A stretch of DNA of 40,000 nucleotides from an uncultured Eubacteriaceae bacterium (lineage in GTDB: Bacteria > Bacillota > Clostridia > Eubacteriales > Eubacteriaceae). The position numbers were made by a program, and so were the translations under genes. Shown here in pieces: positions 15,382 through 22,762 of the stretch. Numbering within the stretch: the first letter of the stretch is position 1; each line of letters starts with the position of its first letter. Location of the stretch: the NCBI GenBank assembly GCA_945867155.1, contig CAMBHL010000003.1:160099-200098 (forward strand), read 5' to 3'. The notes under the pieces were generated by a model that saw only the letters and a list, made by a program, of their open reading frames with translations, was not told the origin of the DNA and ran no database searches.

Positions 15382-16806
15382 TCAAGTTAAATCCGGGACC
15401 GCAGCTTTATAGCGGATCAGCGCTTCTTCATACGCGCCAGATGGATGCTGAAGACGTTCGAGGCTTCCCGCCTTGTACTGCTTCGCCAGATGGGACATGC
15501 CGTAAACGTAGCCCTGATCTTCGACCAGACGGACAAGGGCCGCGGCGTGATCGTCCCGCACGTCGCCCAGACGCGCCTGCATGCTCGCGACGGCTGCGTC
15601 CTTTCCCAGGTTCAAGGTCCGGTTCATGCAGTCGATATCCTGAACGATTTCCCGGGCCCATTCTTTGGCCAAAATAGCTTCGCCGTTTCGATGCAGCACG
15701 AGAAAGGCGTCCTGTCCCTGTTCAGCCACACGCCATTCGTTGTCGTCAGCCTCTTTTCGGTCACTGTTTTCGCCAATGACCGGCTTCAGCAGACAGTAGA
15801 GCAGCAGCAGGTGGACGATGTCCATGTCCAATTCGCTGATGCCGTTAGGATCAAAGGGATTGAGATCCATCGTCCGGATTTCGATGTACCGGATGCCGTC
15901 TGCCTTGAGAGAGCCCAGCCAGTTTTCCTTGGGATGGGCCGGTTTGAGCCGGGCCTGGGCGTAAAATTCCTTCGGTTCCGACAATTTGCCCTGAGCGACA
16001 AAGCCTTCTAAGTCGTCGATAAAATGCGCAATGCTGTCGTACCGGGGATACAGGGCTTCGTTGTTTTTGTAGCCGGGCGAACCGCTTCTGAATGAAATGC
16101 CCTTTTTCGAGTAATGGCTTCCCCGGTCGTCAGACCAGGGCATGAGCTTCAGACAGGATGGCATAAACGTATCGTGGGCCGCAATGGAAGCACCGGTTAA
16201 AAAAATTAAAAACCATCGGTACGTCAAATAGTTCTTCGCGATTTTCAAATACAGCCGGTTTTTAAAATCCTGATACTCAAGGGTTGGCGTATGCTGCCGC
16301 ACGCTTTGAAACAATTTCTGAACGGCCTCTTCCCCCAGCGAATAGTTAAAATGGATGCCCGAAAACATCTGTTTTTTGGCTCCGTACTTTTTCACGAGGT
16401 TCTGTCGGTACTGCATCGCCTTTTCAGCTCCAGGCGCGCCGGCATAGCGGGCAACGGGGATGTCTTTGTCATCGGGCAGCACACAGGGAATGGAGTTCGG
16501 CCAAAGGTATTCATCTTTGGGCAGAACCGCGTTGACCATGTCAGTAAGGGCGCCGAGGGTCTGGTACGCTTCGTGCACCGATGGGCACGGCGGCGTCACA
16601 ATTTCAACCTGGCTTTCCGAAAAATCCGTCGTGACGTAGGCATTGGTTAATTTATTGCCCAAGGCTGCCGGGTGCGGCGTGAGGGCCAGCTGGCCGTCTG
16701 CGTGGGCCCGGAGACTCTCCCGTTCAACGCCGAAATTGCCGGACAGCATCTCATCCGGCATCAGCGCTGCTTTAAATGTGTCAATGGTAAAAATTTCGTC
16801 TTTCAT
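15382..16806 (-). CDS. gshA: Glutamate--cysteine ligase (proteobacterial GshA type)
   Basis: 474 aa. FGVERESLRA...HPAALGNKLTNAYVTTDFSESQVEIVTPP aligns with the GshA N-terminal signature. Confidence 0.8.
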   Translation of the reverse strand: MKDEIFTIDTFKAALMPDEMLSGNFGVERESLRAHADGQLALTPHPAALGNKLTNAYVTTDFSESQVEIVTPPCPSVHEAYQTLGALTDMVNAVLPKDEYLWPNSIPCVLPDDKDIPVARYAGAPGAEKAMQYRQNLVKKYGAKKQMFSGIHFNYSLGEEAVQKLFQSVRQHTPTLEYQDFKNRLYLKIAKNYLTYRWFLIFLTGASIAAHDTFMPSCLKLMPWSDDRGSHYSKKGISFRSGSPGYKNNEALYPRYDSIAHFIDDLEGFVAQGKLSEPKEFYAQARLKPAHPKENWLGSLKADGIRYIEIRTMDLNPFDPNGISELDMDIVHLLLLYCLLKPVIGENSDRKEADDNEWRVAEQGQDAFLVLHRNGEAILAKEWAREIVQDIDCMNRTLNLGKDAAVASMQARLGDVRDDHAAALVRLVEDQGYVYGMSHLAKQYKAGSLERLQHPSGAYEEALIRYKAAVPDLT

Positions 16807-16854
16807 AACCCCTGCCTGTTCAAATTGAATGAAATCAGCAATGGCCGGGAGCCG

Positions 16855-17148
16855 TTAAATCCATGTATCCTTTGCTTTAACGCCGGTCCAGTATTTGTCG
16901 ATGTCGGTGTAGACGTATTCGATGGTTTCGCCTTCCCCGGCTTCCATGAGCCGCGCGTTGGAAGGATCAGGGATTGTTTCCTTGATCTGGGATTTGTGCA
17001 CGTAATAGCGGCCGAGCACGTCTTTCGCTTCTTCCGCCACCGCATCCTTGTCTTTTCCTGAGAACGGTTCGATTTCCGGCAGATCCGGGAAATGGCAGAC
17101 GACGCGGTCTGCTTCCTGTTTGTAAACAGCAGGGTAAATTTTTAACAT
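16855..17148 (-). CDS. HicB-like (UPF0150) domain protein with no adjacent HicA
   Basis: 97 aa from ATG 17148 (RBS AAGGAAGG). MLKIYPAVYKQEADRVVCHFPDLPEIEPFSGKDKDAVAEEAKDVL resembles the HicB N-terminal fold. No C-terminal DNA-binding domain is visible. Confidence 0.5.
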   Translation of the reverse strand: MLKIYPAVYKQEADRVVCHFPDLPEIEPFSGKDKDAVAEEAKDVLGRYYVHKSQIKETIPDPSNARLMEAGEGETIEYVYTDIDKYWTGVKAKDTWI

Positions 17149-17183
17149 GGTGTTACCTTCCTTTATCTCATTTCTATTTAAAT

Positions 17184-18305
17184 TCAAGCCAAAATCTGCT
17201 GCGCCTTATCGAGGGCAGCGGCGATGACGGCGTCCATATCGTAATACTTGTATTCGCCGAGACGGCCGCCGAAAATGACGTGTGCTTCCTGATCGCCCAG
17301 GGCCTTGTACTGTTCGTAAAGGGCGCTGTTCTTGTCATCGTTGACCGGGTAATAGGGTTCGTCCCCGGGCTGCCATTCCGACGAATATTCCCGGGAGATC
17401 ACGGTCTTGGGCAGATCGTTTCCGGCTTCGTCTTTGCCGAATTCAAACCATTTGTGTTCGATGATCCGGGTCCACGGCGTTTCGGCGTCGGTGTAATTGA
17501 CGGCCGCGTTGCCCTGGAAGTTGTCCGTATCCAGCACTTCGGTTTCGAAGCGGACCGAACGGTATTCCAAATGGCCGAGGCGGTAATCGAAATACGCGTC
17601 GATGGGCCCGGTGTAGACCACACAGTCGGCCATGGCGTCGAAAGCCGCCTTGTCTTTCAAATAATCCTGATTGAGTTCAATGCGGTCCACGTCGGCGATC
17701 ATGTTTTCTACCATTTTCGTGTAGCCGCCGACGGGAATGCCCTGGTGCAGGGCGTTGAAATAATTGTTGTCAAAAGTCAAGCGCACCGGCAGCCGCCTGA
17801 TGATGAAAGCCGGCAGTTCCGTGCACGGGCGCCCCCACTGCTTTTCAGTGTAGCCTTTGATGAGCTTTTCGTAGATGTCCGTCCCCACCAGGCTGATGGC
17901 CTGTTCTTCGAGGTTCTTGGGGGATGTAATCCCCGCTTCCTTACGCTGGGCTTCGATTTTCGCCGCGGCTTCCTGGGGCGTGACCACCCCCCACATCTTG
18001 TTGAACGTGTACATGTTAAAGGGCAGCGAATACAGTTCGCCCTTGTAGTTCGCCACCGGGGAATTCGTAAAGCGGTTGAACACCGCAAAACGGTTCACGT
18101 ACTGCCATACGGCTTCGTTGTTCGTGTGGAAGATGTGGGCGCCGTACTGGTGCACGTTGATCCCTTCCACCTTTTTGGTGTACACATTGCCTGCAATGTT
18201 CGGCCGCTTGTCGATCATCATCACGGTCTTTCCGGCCGCTTTCGCTTCGTGGGCGAAAACGGCGCCGTAAAGACCTGTTCCGACGATTAAATAGTCGTAT
18301 TTCAT
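17184..18305 (-). CDS. glf: UDP-galactopyranose mutase
   Basis: It has the FAD-binding motif YDYLIVGTGLYGAVFA and NVHQYGAHIFHT, and is Glf-like over its full length. The start is set at ATG 18305 (GGAGAA RBS). Confidence 0.9.
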   Translation of the reverse strand: MKYDYLIVGTGLYGAVFAHEAKAAGKTVMMIDKRPNIAGNVYTKKVEGINVHQYGAHIFHTNNEAVWQYVNRFAVFNRFTNSPVANYKGELYSLPFNMYTFNKMWGVVTPQEAAAKIEAQRKEAGITSPKNLEEQAISLVGTDIYEKLIKGYTEKQWGRPCTELPAFIIRRLPVRLTFDNNYFNALHQGIPVGGYTKMVENMIADVDRIELNQDYLKDKAAFDAMADCVVYTGPIDAYFDYRLGHLEYRSVRFETEVLDTDNFQGNAAVNYTDAETPWTRIIEHKWFEFGKDEAGNDLPKTVISREYSSEWQPGDEPYYPVNDDKNSALYEQYKALGDQEAHVIFGGRLGEYKYYDMDAVIAAALDKAQQILA

Positions 18306-18332
18306 CCTGTTCTCCATTACTGTTTATTGACG

Positions 18333-18491
18333 CTAAATCAGATGCATCAAGCCTGAAACCGCCGCGATCACCACGGCAATTCCCAAAAGTCCCACCAGCA
18401 GTCTGATCAGGCAGCCTGTCAGCTTCAGTTCAATTCTGATCACCAACAGTGCGACAATCGCTGCCACAATGTAAGAAATGATATTGTTCAT
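18333..18491 (-). CDS. Small hydrophobic protein (52 aa), below the ORF-track cutoff
   Basis: My translation is MNNIISYIVAAIVALLVIRIELKLTGCLIRLLVGLLGIAVVIAAVSGLMHLI, with two predicted TM helices. The RBS is weak. The ORF fills an otherwise empty 209-nt gap. Confidence 0.35.
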   Translation of the reverse strand: MNNIISYIVAAIVALLVIRIELKLTGCLIRLLVGLLGIAVVIAAVSGLMHLI

Positions 18492-18526
18492 ATTATAACA
18501 CTTTCTCAGGCTTTCACAAATCGAGA

Positions 18527-19186
18527 TTAACGCTTCCTGATAATTTCTCCTGAATTTTTCACGATCGATTCCGGGGCGACGACGCCGCGCACGCAGGTCG
18601 TCGGGTAAATGTTCGTGTGAGGTCCAATCACGCTCCCGGGATTGAGCACGGCGTTGCAGCCCACTTCGACGTAGTCCCCGAGCATGGCGCCGAATTTTTT
18701 CCGGCCGGTTTCGAGATTGTCTTCCCCGTCGTGCACCCAGACGTGCTGACGGTCTGCCCGGACGTTGGACGTGATGGAACCGGCGCCCATATGGGCGTGA
18801 AATCCCAGAATACTGTCCCCCACGTAATTGTAGTGAGGCGTTTCGACGTTATCGAACAAAATGACGTTCTTGAGCTCCACGGAGTTGCCAACAACGCAGT
18901 TTTCGCCGACCAAGGCTGATTCCCGGATAAAGGCGCAGTGGCGGACCTGGGTGTGGGCGCCGATGATGCACGGCGCGCCGATGTAAGCCGACGGAAAGAC
19001 CTCGGCCGTTTTGTGAATCCAGATACCTTCTTTCGGATGATCGTATGCTTCTTCAGAAAGGGATTTCCCCAATTCTAAGATCAAATCGTGAATACCTTCC
19101 AGGGCTTCCCAGGGATAGGTGAACTGCTTTAAATAATCAGCAGCCTGGGTATGATCGAGATCGAATAAATTTTGGATGGTTATCAT
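18527..19186 (-). CDS. Left-handed beta-helix (hexapeptide repeat) protein resembling the GlmU C-terminal domain, a putative acyl/nucleotidyl transferase
   Basis: 219 aa with repeated [LIV]-G-x4 hexapeptides (IGAPCIIGAHTQV, VGENCVVGNSVEL, VGCNAVLNPGSVIG). Confidence 0.6.
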   Translation of the reverse strand: MITIQNLFDLDHTQAADYLKQFTYPWEALEGIHDLILELGKSLSEEAYDHPKEGIWIHKTAEVFPSAYIGAPCIIGAHTQVRHCAFIRESALVGENCVVGNSVELKNVILFDNVETPHYNYVGDSILGFHAHMGAGSITSNVRADRQHVWVHDGEDNLETGRKKFGAMLGDYVEVGCNAVLNPGSVIGPHTNIYPTTCVRGVVAPESIVKNSGEIIRKR

Positions 19187-19197
19187 TGCACTTTCTC

Positions 19198-20661
19198 CTA
19201 ATGCCGGCGGTACCTTCGGGTACTGCGGTTTGTTGTTTTTTCAGACGGAATGTTTTGGGTGCTCCGGCTCTGGCGGAGCTGGCGGGCGATTTCTGCCGCC
19301 TGACTCGACGTGTCGGAAGCGTTGCGGGAGACCGGGCGGGAAGCCACCGTCGTCCTTTTATAGGGCTTCAGGGGCGTGGACTGCATCCTGGCCCGCTGGC
19401 TCGCCGACCTTCTCGCTGAAACCATGCTCCTGGGCCGGGCCGGGGCGCTGCCGATAATGGATTCAATTTCCGAAATTGGGATGTGGCGCGTGTTGGCTGT
19501 CAGGAAGTCTTTATCGTGTTCGGTGGCGAACAGCGCCACGCCGAGCGCCAGCCAGAACGTGTTGTAGTTGATGCCCAAAATCAGCTGGTCGATGATCGCG
19601 AAAAGGGCGTAAGCTGAAGACACAAAGAGCAGGTAATATTCTTCCCGCTGATACATTTTCCACAGCCCGTAGATCACGATCGCCATAAACAAAATGCTGA
19701 AGATGATCCCGTATTCCTGAAGCACCAGAATATACAGCGAGTCAATAAAATTGTAGCCGGGATTGAACACCCCGCCGTCTGTGGACATCGGGAAAGCCCG
19801 CGGCCACCATTTGACCCCCCGGGTCGTCAGCGAGGTGTATTCCAGACGGAGCCGCCCCGAAAGGGTCGCGTTCAGATTCGCCCACTTGGTCACATTGGGA
19901 TCGTAATGATACCCGGCCCACAGACAGACCGCGCCAAAAATCAAAGGCGAAATCACCAAAAACATCCACAGTGGCTTCAGCTTGTCCGCCGGAATCGTGC
20001 GGTACTGGGACAAATAGGCGAAAACCATGACCAGAATCGTCAGATAAAAGGGCAGTCTGGAATTGGTCAGAATGAACAATGCCACGTTGGCCGGACCGAG
20101 AATGAGCAGCTCCAGCTTTCCGAGTTTTTCCTTGCGAATGTACACCACAAGGGCGCTGATGTTGAACAAAAGGGTCGGCCCGAAAGAGGCGTAGCGGAAG
20201 CCCACCCAGTGCCGGGGTCTGGCCACGTAGGAATCAAAATGATTCTGAATGATGCCCGCGAAGGAGCTGAACACGATGACCGCCAGCAGAATGGAACTGA
20301 CCACGATCGTGAGCTTGACCACTTTTTCAAAGTCGATGTCCCGGGCGCAGATGATGAACACCACGATCCACGTGACCGAATCGGTCACCACATCCCCGAT
20401 GGTAAAGTTGATTACCAACAGAAAAGCAAAGCCCAAAAGCACCCCGAGCTTTTCTTTGGTGGACCGGGGCGTGTTGATGATTTCCTTGCAGATCAACAGC
20501 AGAATGCTCAAAATCAACAGCTTCGTCCCCATCGCGAACTGATAGTCGACGACGAAGAACGACGTATTGATAATCGAGACGAAGAGATAAACCGTGTACG
20601 AAATGAAGAACAGCCAGCTGTTTAAATCCGTGTTGACAAAGCGCTTGAGTTCCGCTTTCAT
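19198..20661 (-). CDS. Polytopic membrane protein, a putative Wzy/O-antigen-polymerase-like enzyme, with a long Arg/Ser-rich C-terminal tail
   Basis: It has ~10 or more hydrophobic segments followed by a 97-aa basic tail. ATG 20661 lies 2 nt after the upstream stop. The polymerase call rests on topology and context only. Confidence 0.5.
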   Translation of the reverse strand: MKAELKRFVNTDLNSWLFFISYTVYLFVSIINTSFFVVDYQFAMGTKLLILSILLLICKEIINTPRSTKEKLGVLLGFAFLLVINFTIGDVVTDSVTWIVVFIICARDIDFEKVVKLTIVVSSILLAVIVFSSFAGIIQNHFDSYVARPRHWVGFRYASFGPTLLFNISALVVYIRKEKLGKLELLILGPANVALFILTNSRLPFYLTILVMVFAYLSQYRTIPADKLKPLWMFLVISPLIFGAVCLWAGYHYDPNVTKWANLNATLSGRLRLEYTSLTTRGVKWWPRAFPMSTDGGVFNPGYNFIDSLYILVLQEYGIIFSILFMAIVIYGLWKMYQREEYYLLFVSSAYALFAIIDQLILGINYNTFWLALGVALFATEHDKDFLTANTRHIPISEIESIIGSAPARPRSMVSARRSASQRARMQSTPLKPYKRTTVASRPVSRNASDTSSQAAEIARQLRQSRSTQNIPSEKTTNRSTRRYRRH

Positions 20662-20663
20662 GC

Positions 20664-21164
20664 TCACCACGTCTTCACGAAGGCTTTAAGTTTGTCGATG
20701 GAAGACACCGACTTTTTGGTATTTCCGTTCACCTGGTAATATTTCGGTGTGCCGTTGGTGTTTTTCGACAAAACGCCTTTTCCCCGGATATTAAAAGCGA
20801 TGGACGTGCAGTAGCGGTCCTGATCAAAGCCAAAGACCACCGACGGCGACGTCTGGTCTTTCTGAACCACCGTGATTTGGTTGTTTGCCGAATCTTCTGA
20901 CACCGTGTACGCCGATTGATCCAGTGCGTTTACAGCCTGAAGGACATCGTCGTAAGACTGATTTTCGGCCGCCGCTCCCTGATCTTTCATGAACACGTCC
21001 TGGAACAGCGCTGTGGTTTCGTAATGGTGCGAACTGCCGGATGACGTTTTCTTCGAAGTTGTCGTCTTCGCCGATGACGCCCCGCCGCAGCCGGCCATCA
21101 CCAAGACCATCAATGCCGTTAAACCCAAAGCCCAAATCTTATTTTTTTTGATCATGTTTTTCAT
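20664..21164 (-). CDS. Lipoprotein of unknown function
   Basis: It has a signal peptide with lipobox LVMAGC, followed by a Ser/Thr-rich linker. The RBS is AGAGGAGAG. Confidence 0.65.
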   Translation of the reverse strand: MKNMIKKNKIWALGLTALMVLVMAGCGGASSAKTTTSKKTSSGSSHHYETTALFQDVFMKDQGAAAENQSYDDVLQAVNALDQSAYTVSEDSANNQITVVQKDQTSPSVVFGFDQDRYCTSIAFNIRGKGVLSKNTNGTPKYYQVNGNTKKSVSSIDKLKAFVKTW

Positions 21165-21174
21165 CTCTCCTCTT

Positions 21175-21825
21175 TTATCTTCGCTTCCGGCTCACCGCCC
21201 GTTTGGGGATGAAAATCCGGTAAATCATATAACCGACGAAAGTTCCCAGGGTATTGTTGAAAATATCATCGAATTCAAACAGCCCGCAGTGGAAGACGTA
21301 CTGCATCACTTCGATGGACAAAGAACACGCAAAGCCAAACAGCAGCGTCTGCCAGAAACAGCGTCTGCCCCGGGCCAAGGGGAACAAAAACCCCACGGGC
21401 ATGAGCATCGCGATGTTGAGGAAAATCTGCTTGGCTAAATACCAGCTGTGCTGGGCCAGCATGCTCTTGTATTCCCAGAACAAATTGAGGTTCGCCTGGG
21501 ACGCCGCTGTCGGCACTCTGGAAAACACCGTCGAGCCGAACATCAAATACAGATACAGAATCAAAAGCCAGCCAAAAAGCAGCTGACTCGGCCGGATGCG
21601 CCGGCGGAAGCACATGACGATGCCCGCCACAAGGGAAACCGTTAAAATCAAAAGGCCGACCCGAACCATGTTCGGCGTCCAGACGGGATGATACCCTTCC
21701 CAGACGTTGCCAGCCCAGGCTTTCAAATCCGTCCGCTCAAGCTTCGCCGCCAAAGCGTTTAAGCCCCGCGTCAGCAAGGCAAAAAAATTCGTGGTTCTCA
21801 TAACAATTGTCCTGCCTATCTTCAC
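21175..21825 (-). CDS. VanZ-family membrane protein
   Basis: SLSIEVMQYVFHCGLFEFDDIFNNTLGTFVGYMIY is the VanZ-like signature. The start may be ATG 21801 rather than GTG 21825. Confidence 0.7.
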   Translation of the reverse strand: MKIGRTIVMRTTNFFALLTRGLNALAAKLERTDLKAWAGNVWEGYHPVWTPNMVRVGLLILTVSLVAGIVMCFRRRIRPSQLLFGWLLILYLYLMFGSTVFSRVPTAASQANLNLFWEYKSMLAQHSWYLAKQIFLNIAMLMPVGFLFPLARGRRCFWQTLLFGFACSLSIEVMQYVFHCGLFEFDDIFNNTLGTFVGYMIYRIFIPKRAVSRKRR

Positions 21826-21873
21826 TTTGTCTAAGCATTATAGATAATCTTATTTAATGCTTCCTGAATCTTC

Positions 21874-21900
21874 AAAAAAAAAGCTCTTCCGAAGAAGAGC
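21874..21900 (-). terminator. Rho-independent terminator after the tRNA pair
   Basis: Minus-strand stem GCTCTTC (21900-21894) pairs with GAAGAGC (21889-21883) across a 4-nt loop, followed by T9. Confidence 0.75.
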
Positions 21901-21912
21901 GTAATTTTAAAA

Positions 21913-21987
21913 TGGAGCGGAAGACGAGATTTGAACTCGCGACCCTCGCCATGGCAAGGCGATGCTCTACCACTGAGCCACTTCCGC
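21913..21987 (-). tRNA. tRNA-Gly (anticodon GCC), CCA encoded
   Basis: I folded the cloverleaf by hand. The acceptor is GCGGAAG/CTTCCGC, the anticodon arm TCGCC-TTGCCAT-GGCGA, and the T-loop TTCAAAT. Confidence 0.9.
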
Positions 21988-21991
21988 AAAA

Positions 21992-22082
21992 TGGTGCGAG
22001 GAAAGGGATTCGAACCCTCACCGCTGTATAAGGAGCGACAGGTCCCTCAAACCTGCGTGTCTGCCTGTTCCACCATCCTCGC
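21992..22082 (-). tRNA. tRNA-Leu (anticodon GAG), long variable arm, CCA encoded
   Basis: The acceptor is GCGAGGA/TCCTCGC, the anticodon arm CAGGT-TTGAGGG-ACCTG, the variable arm CGCT...AGCG, and the T-loop TTCGAAT. Confidence 0.85.
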
Positions 22083-22111
22083 AAACCAGTTGTTCATAAC
22101 AGAACGATATT

Positions 22112-22140
22112 ATTATAGCGAACTGTTATGAAGATTGCAA
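22112..22140 (-). promoter_or_regulatory. Near-consensus sigma-A promoter for the tRNA-Leu/tRNA-Gly unit
   Basis: On the minus strand, TTGCAA (22140-22135) and TATAAT (22117-22112) are separated by a 17-nt spacer, ~30 nt upstream of the tRNA-Leu 5' end. Confidence 0.65.
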
Positions 22141-22147
22141 GTGTTTT

Positions 22148-22762
22148 TTATAAAATTTCCGTGATAAATTTTTCGACGTTCTGTTCCAACGTTTTTTCGT
22201 CCCGGCTGTTGTCGACGATCCAGTCCGCCCGGCAGATCATTTCATCGTCCGGCATCTGCAGATTTAACATCTTCTGCGCGAGCTTTTCGCCGATGTGATC
22301 CCGGGCCATGAGCCGGGCGACGCGCACCGGCGTGTGGCAGATCACCACGAGGATCTGATCCACGTAGCGTTCCTGATGGGTTTGGAAAAACATCGGGCAA
22401 TCATAGACCACAAGCGGCGTCCCGGCCTTTTGGTGATCCGCAATTGCTTCTAAAATGACCTGTTGGAGAATGGGATACTGAATGGCTTCGAGAGCCGCCT
22501 TCACATCAGGATCTTCCGTCATTTTGCGCCGGAGCAGGCCGCGGTCAAGCGCCCCGTCCGGGGTCAGCACCCCTTCGCCAAACCGCTCGACAATGAGCGG
22601 CAGAGCTTTTCCGCCCGGGGCGGTGATGGCGTGGGCCAGCTGGTCCGCGTCCACCACCGGGCAGTGATACTTCTCTTTTAACAATTTTGAGACCGAACTT
22701 TTTCCAGAGGCAATCCCTCCAGTGAGGCCGACGACAATGGATTTTCGTTTATTTGATGGCAT
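22148..22762 (-). CDS. coaE: Dephospho-CoA kinase
   Basis: The P-loop is VGLTGGIASGKS and the gene sits in the typical position after polA. The start is taken as ATG 22762; the track start is 22780. Confidence 0.85.
   Translation of the reverse strand: MPSNKRKSIVVGLTGGIASGKSSVSKLLKEKYHCPVVDADQLAHAITAPGGKALPLIVERFGEGVLTPDGALDRGLLRRKMTEDPDVKAALEAIQYPILQQVILEAIADHQKAGTPLVVYDCPMFFQTHQERYVDQILVVICHTPVRVARLMARDHIGEKLAQKMLNLQMPDDEMICRADWIVDNSRDEKTLEQNVEKFITEIL

Noticed and set aside
16807-17183. A search for a HicA toxin partner next to the HicB-like gene
   Set aside because: The flanking gaps are only 48 and 35 nt. No alternative-frame ORF with an RBS was found, so no toxin-antitoxin pair can be claimed.
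17280-18290. A 336-aa + strand ORF covering almost all of glf. Similar long antisense ORFs occur at 14480-15313, 19906-20625, 22722-23525, 24756-25376, 25407-26090, 36448-37119 and 38026-38829.
   Set aside because: Each lies opposite a confidently identified enzyme gene. Their translations are rich in R/V/D/G/H, as expected from reading the reverse strand of coding DNA, and none has a recognisable motif.
21872-22084. A 70-aa minus-strand ORF and a 66-aa + strand ORF at the tRNA locus
   Set aside because: The region folds into two canonical tRNAs (Gly-GCC and Leu-GAG) with a promoter and terminator. The ORFs are artefacts.
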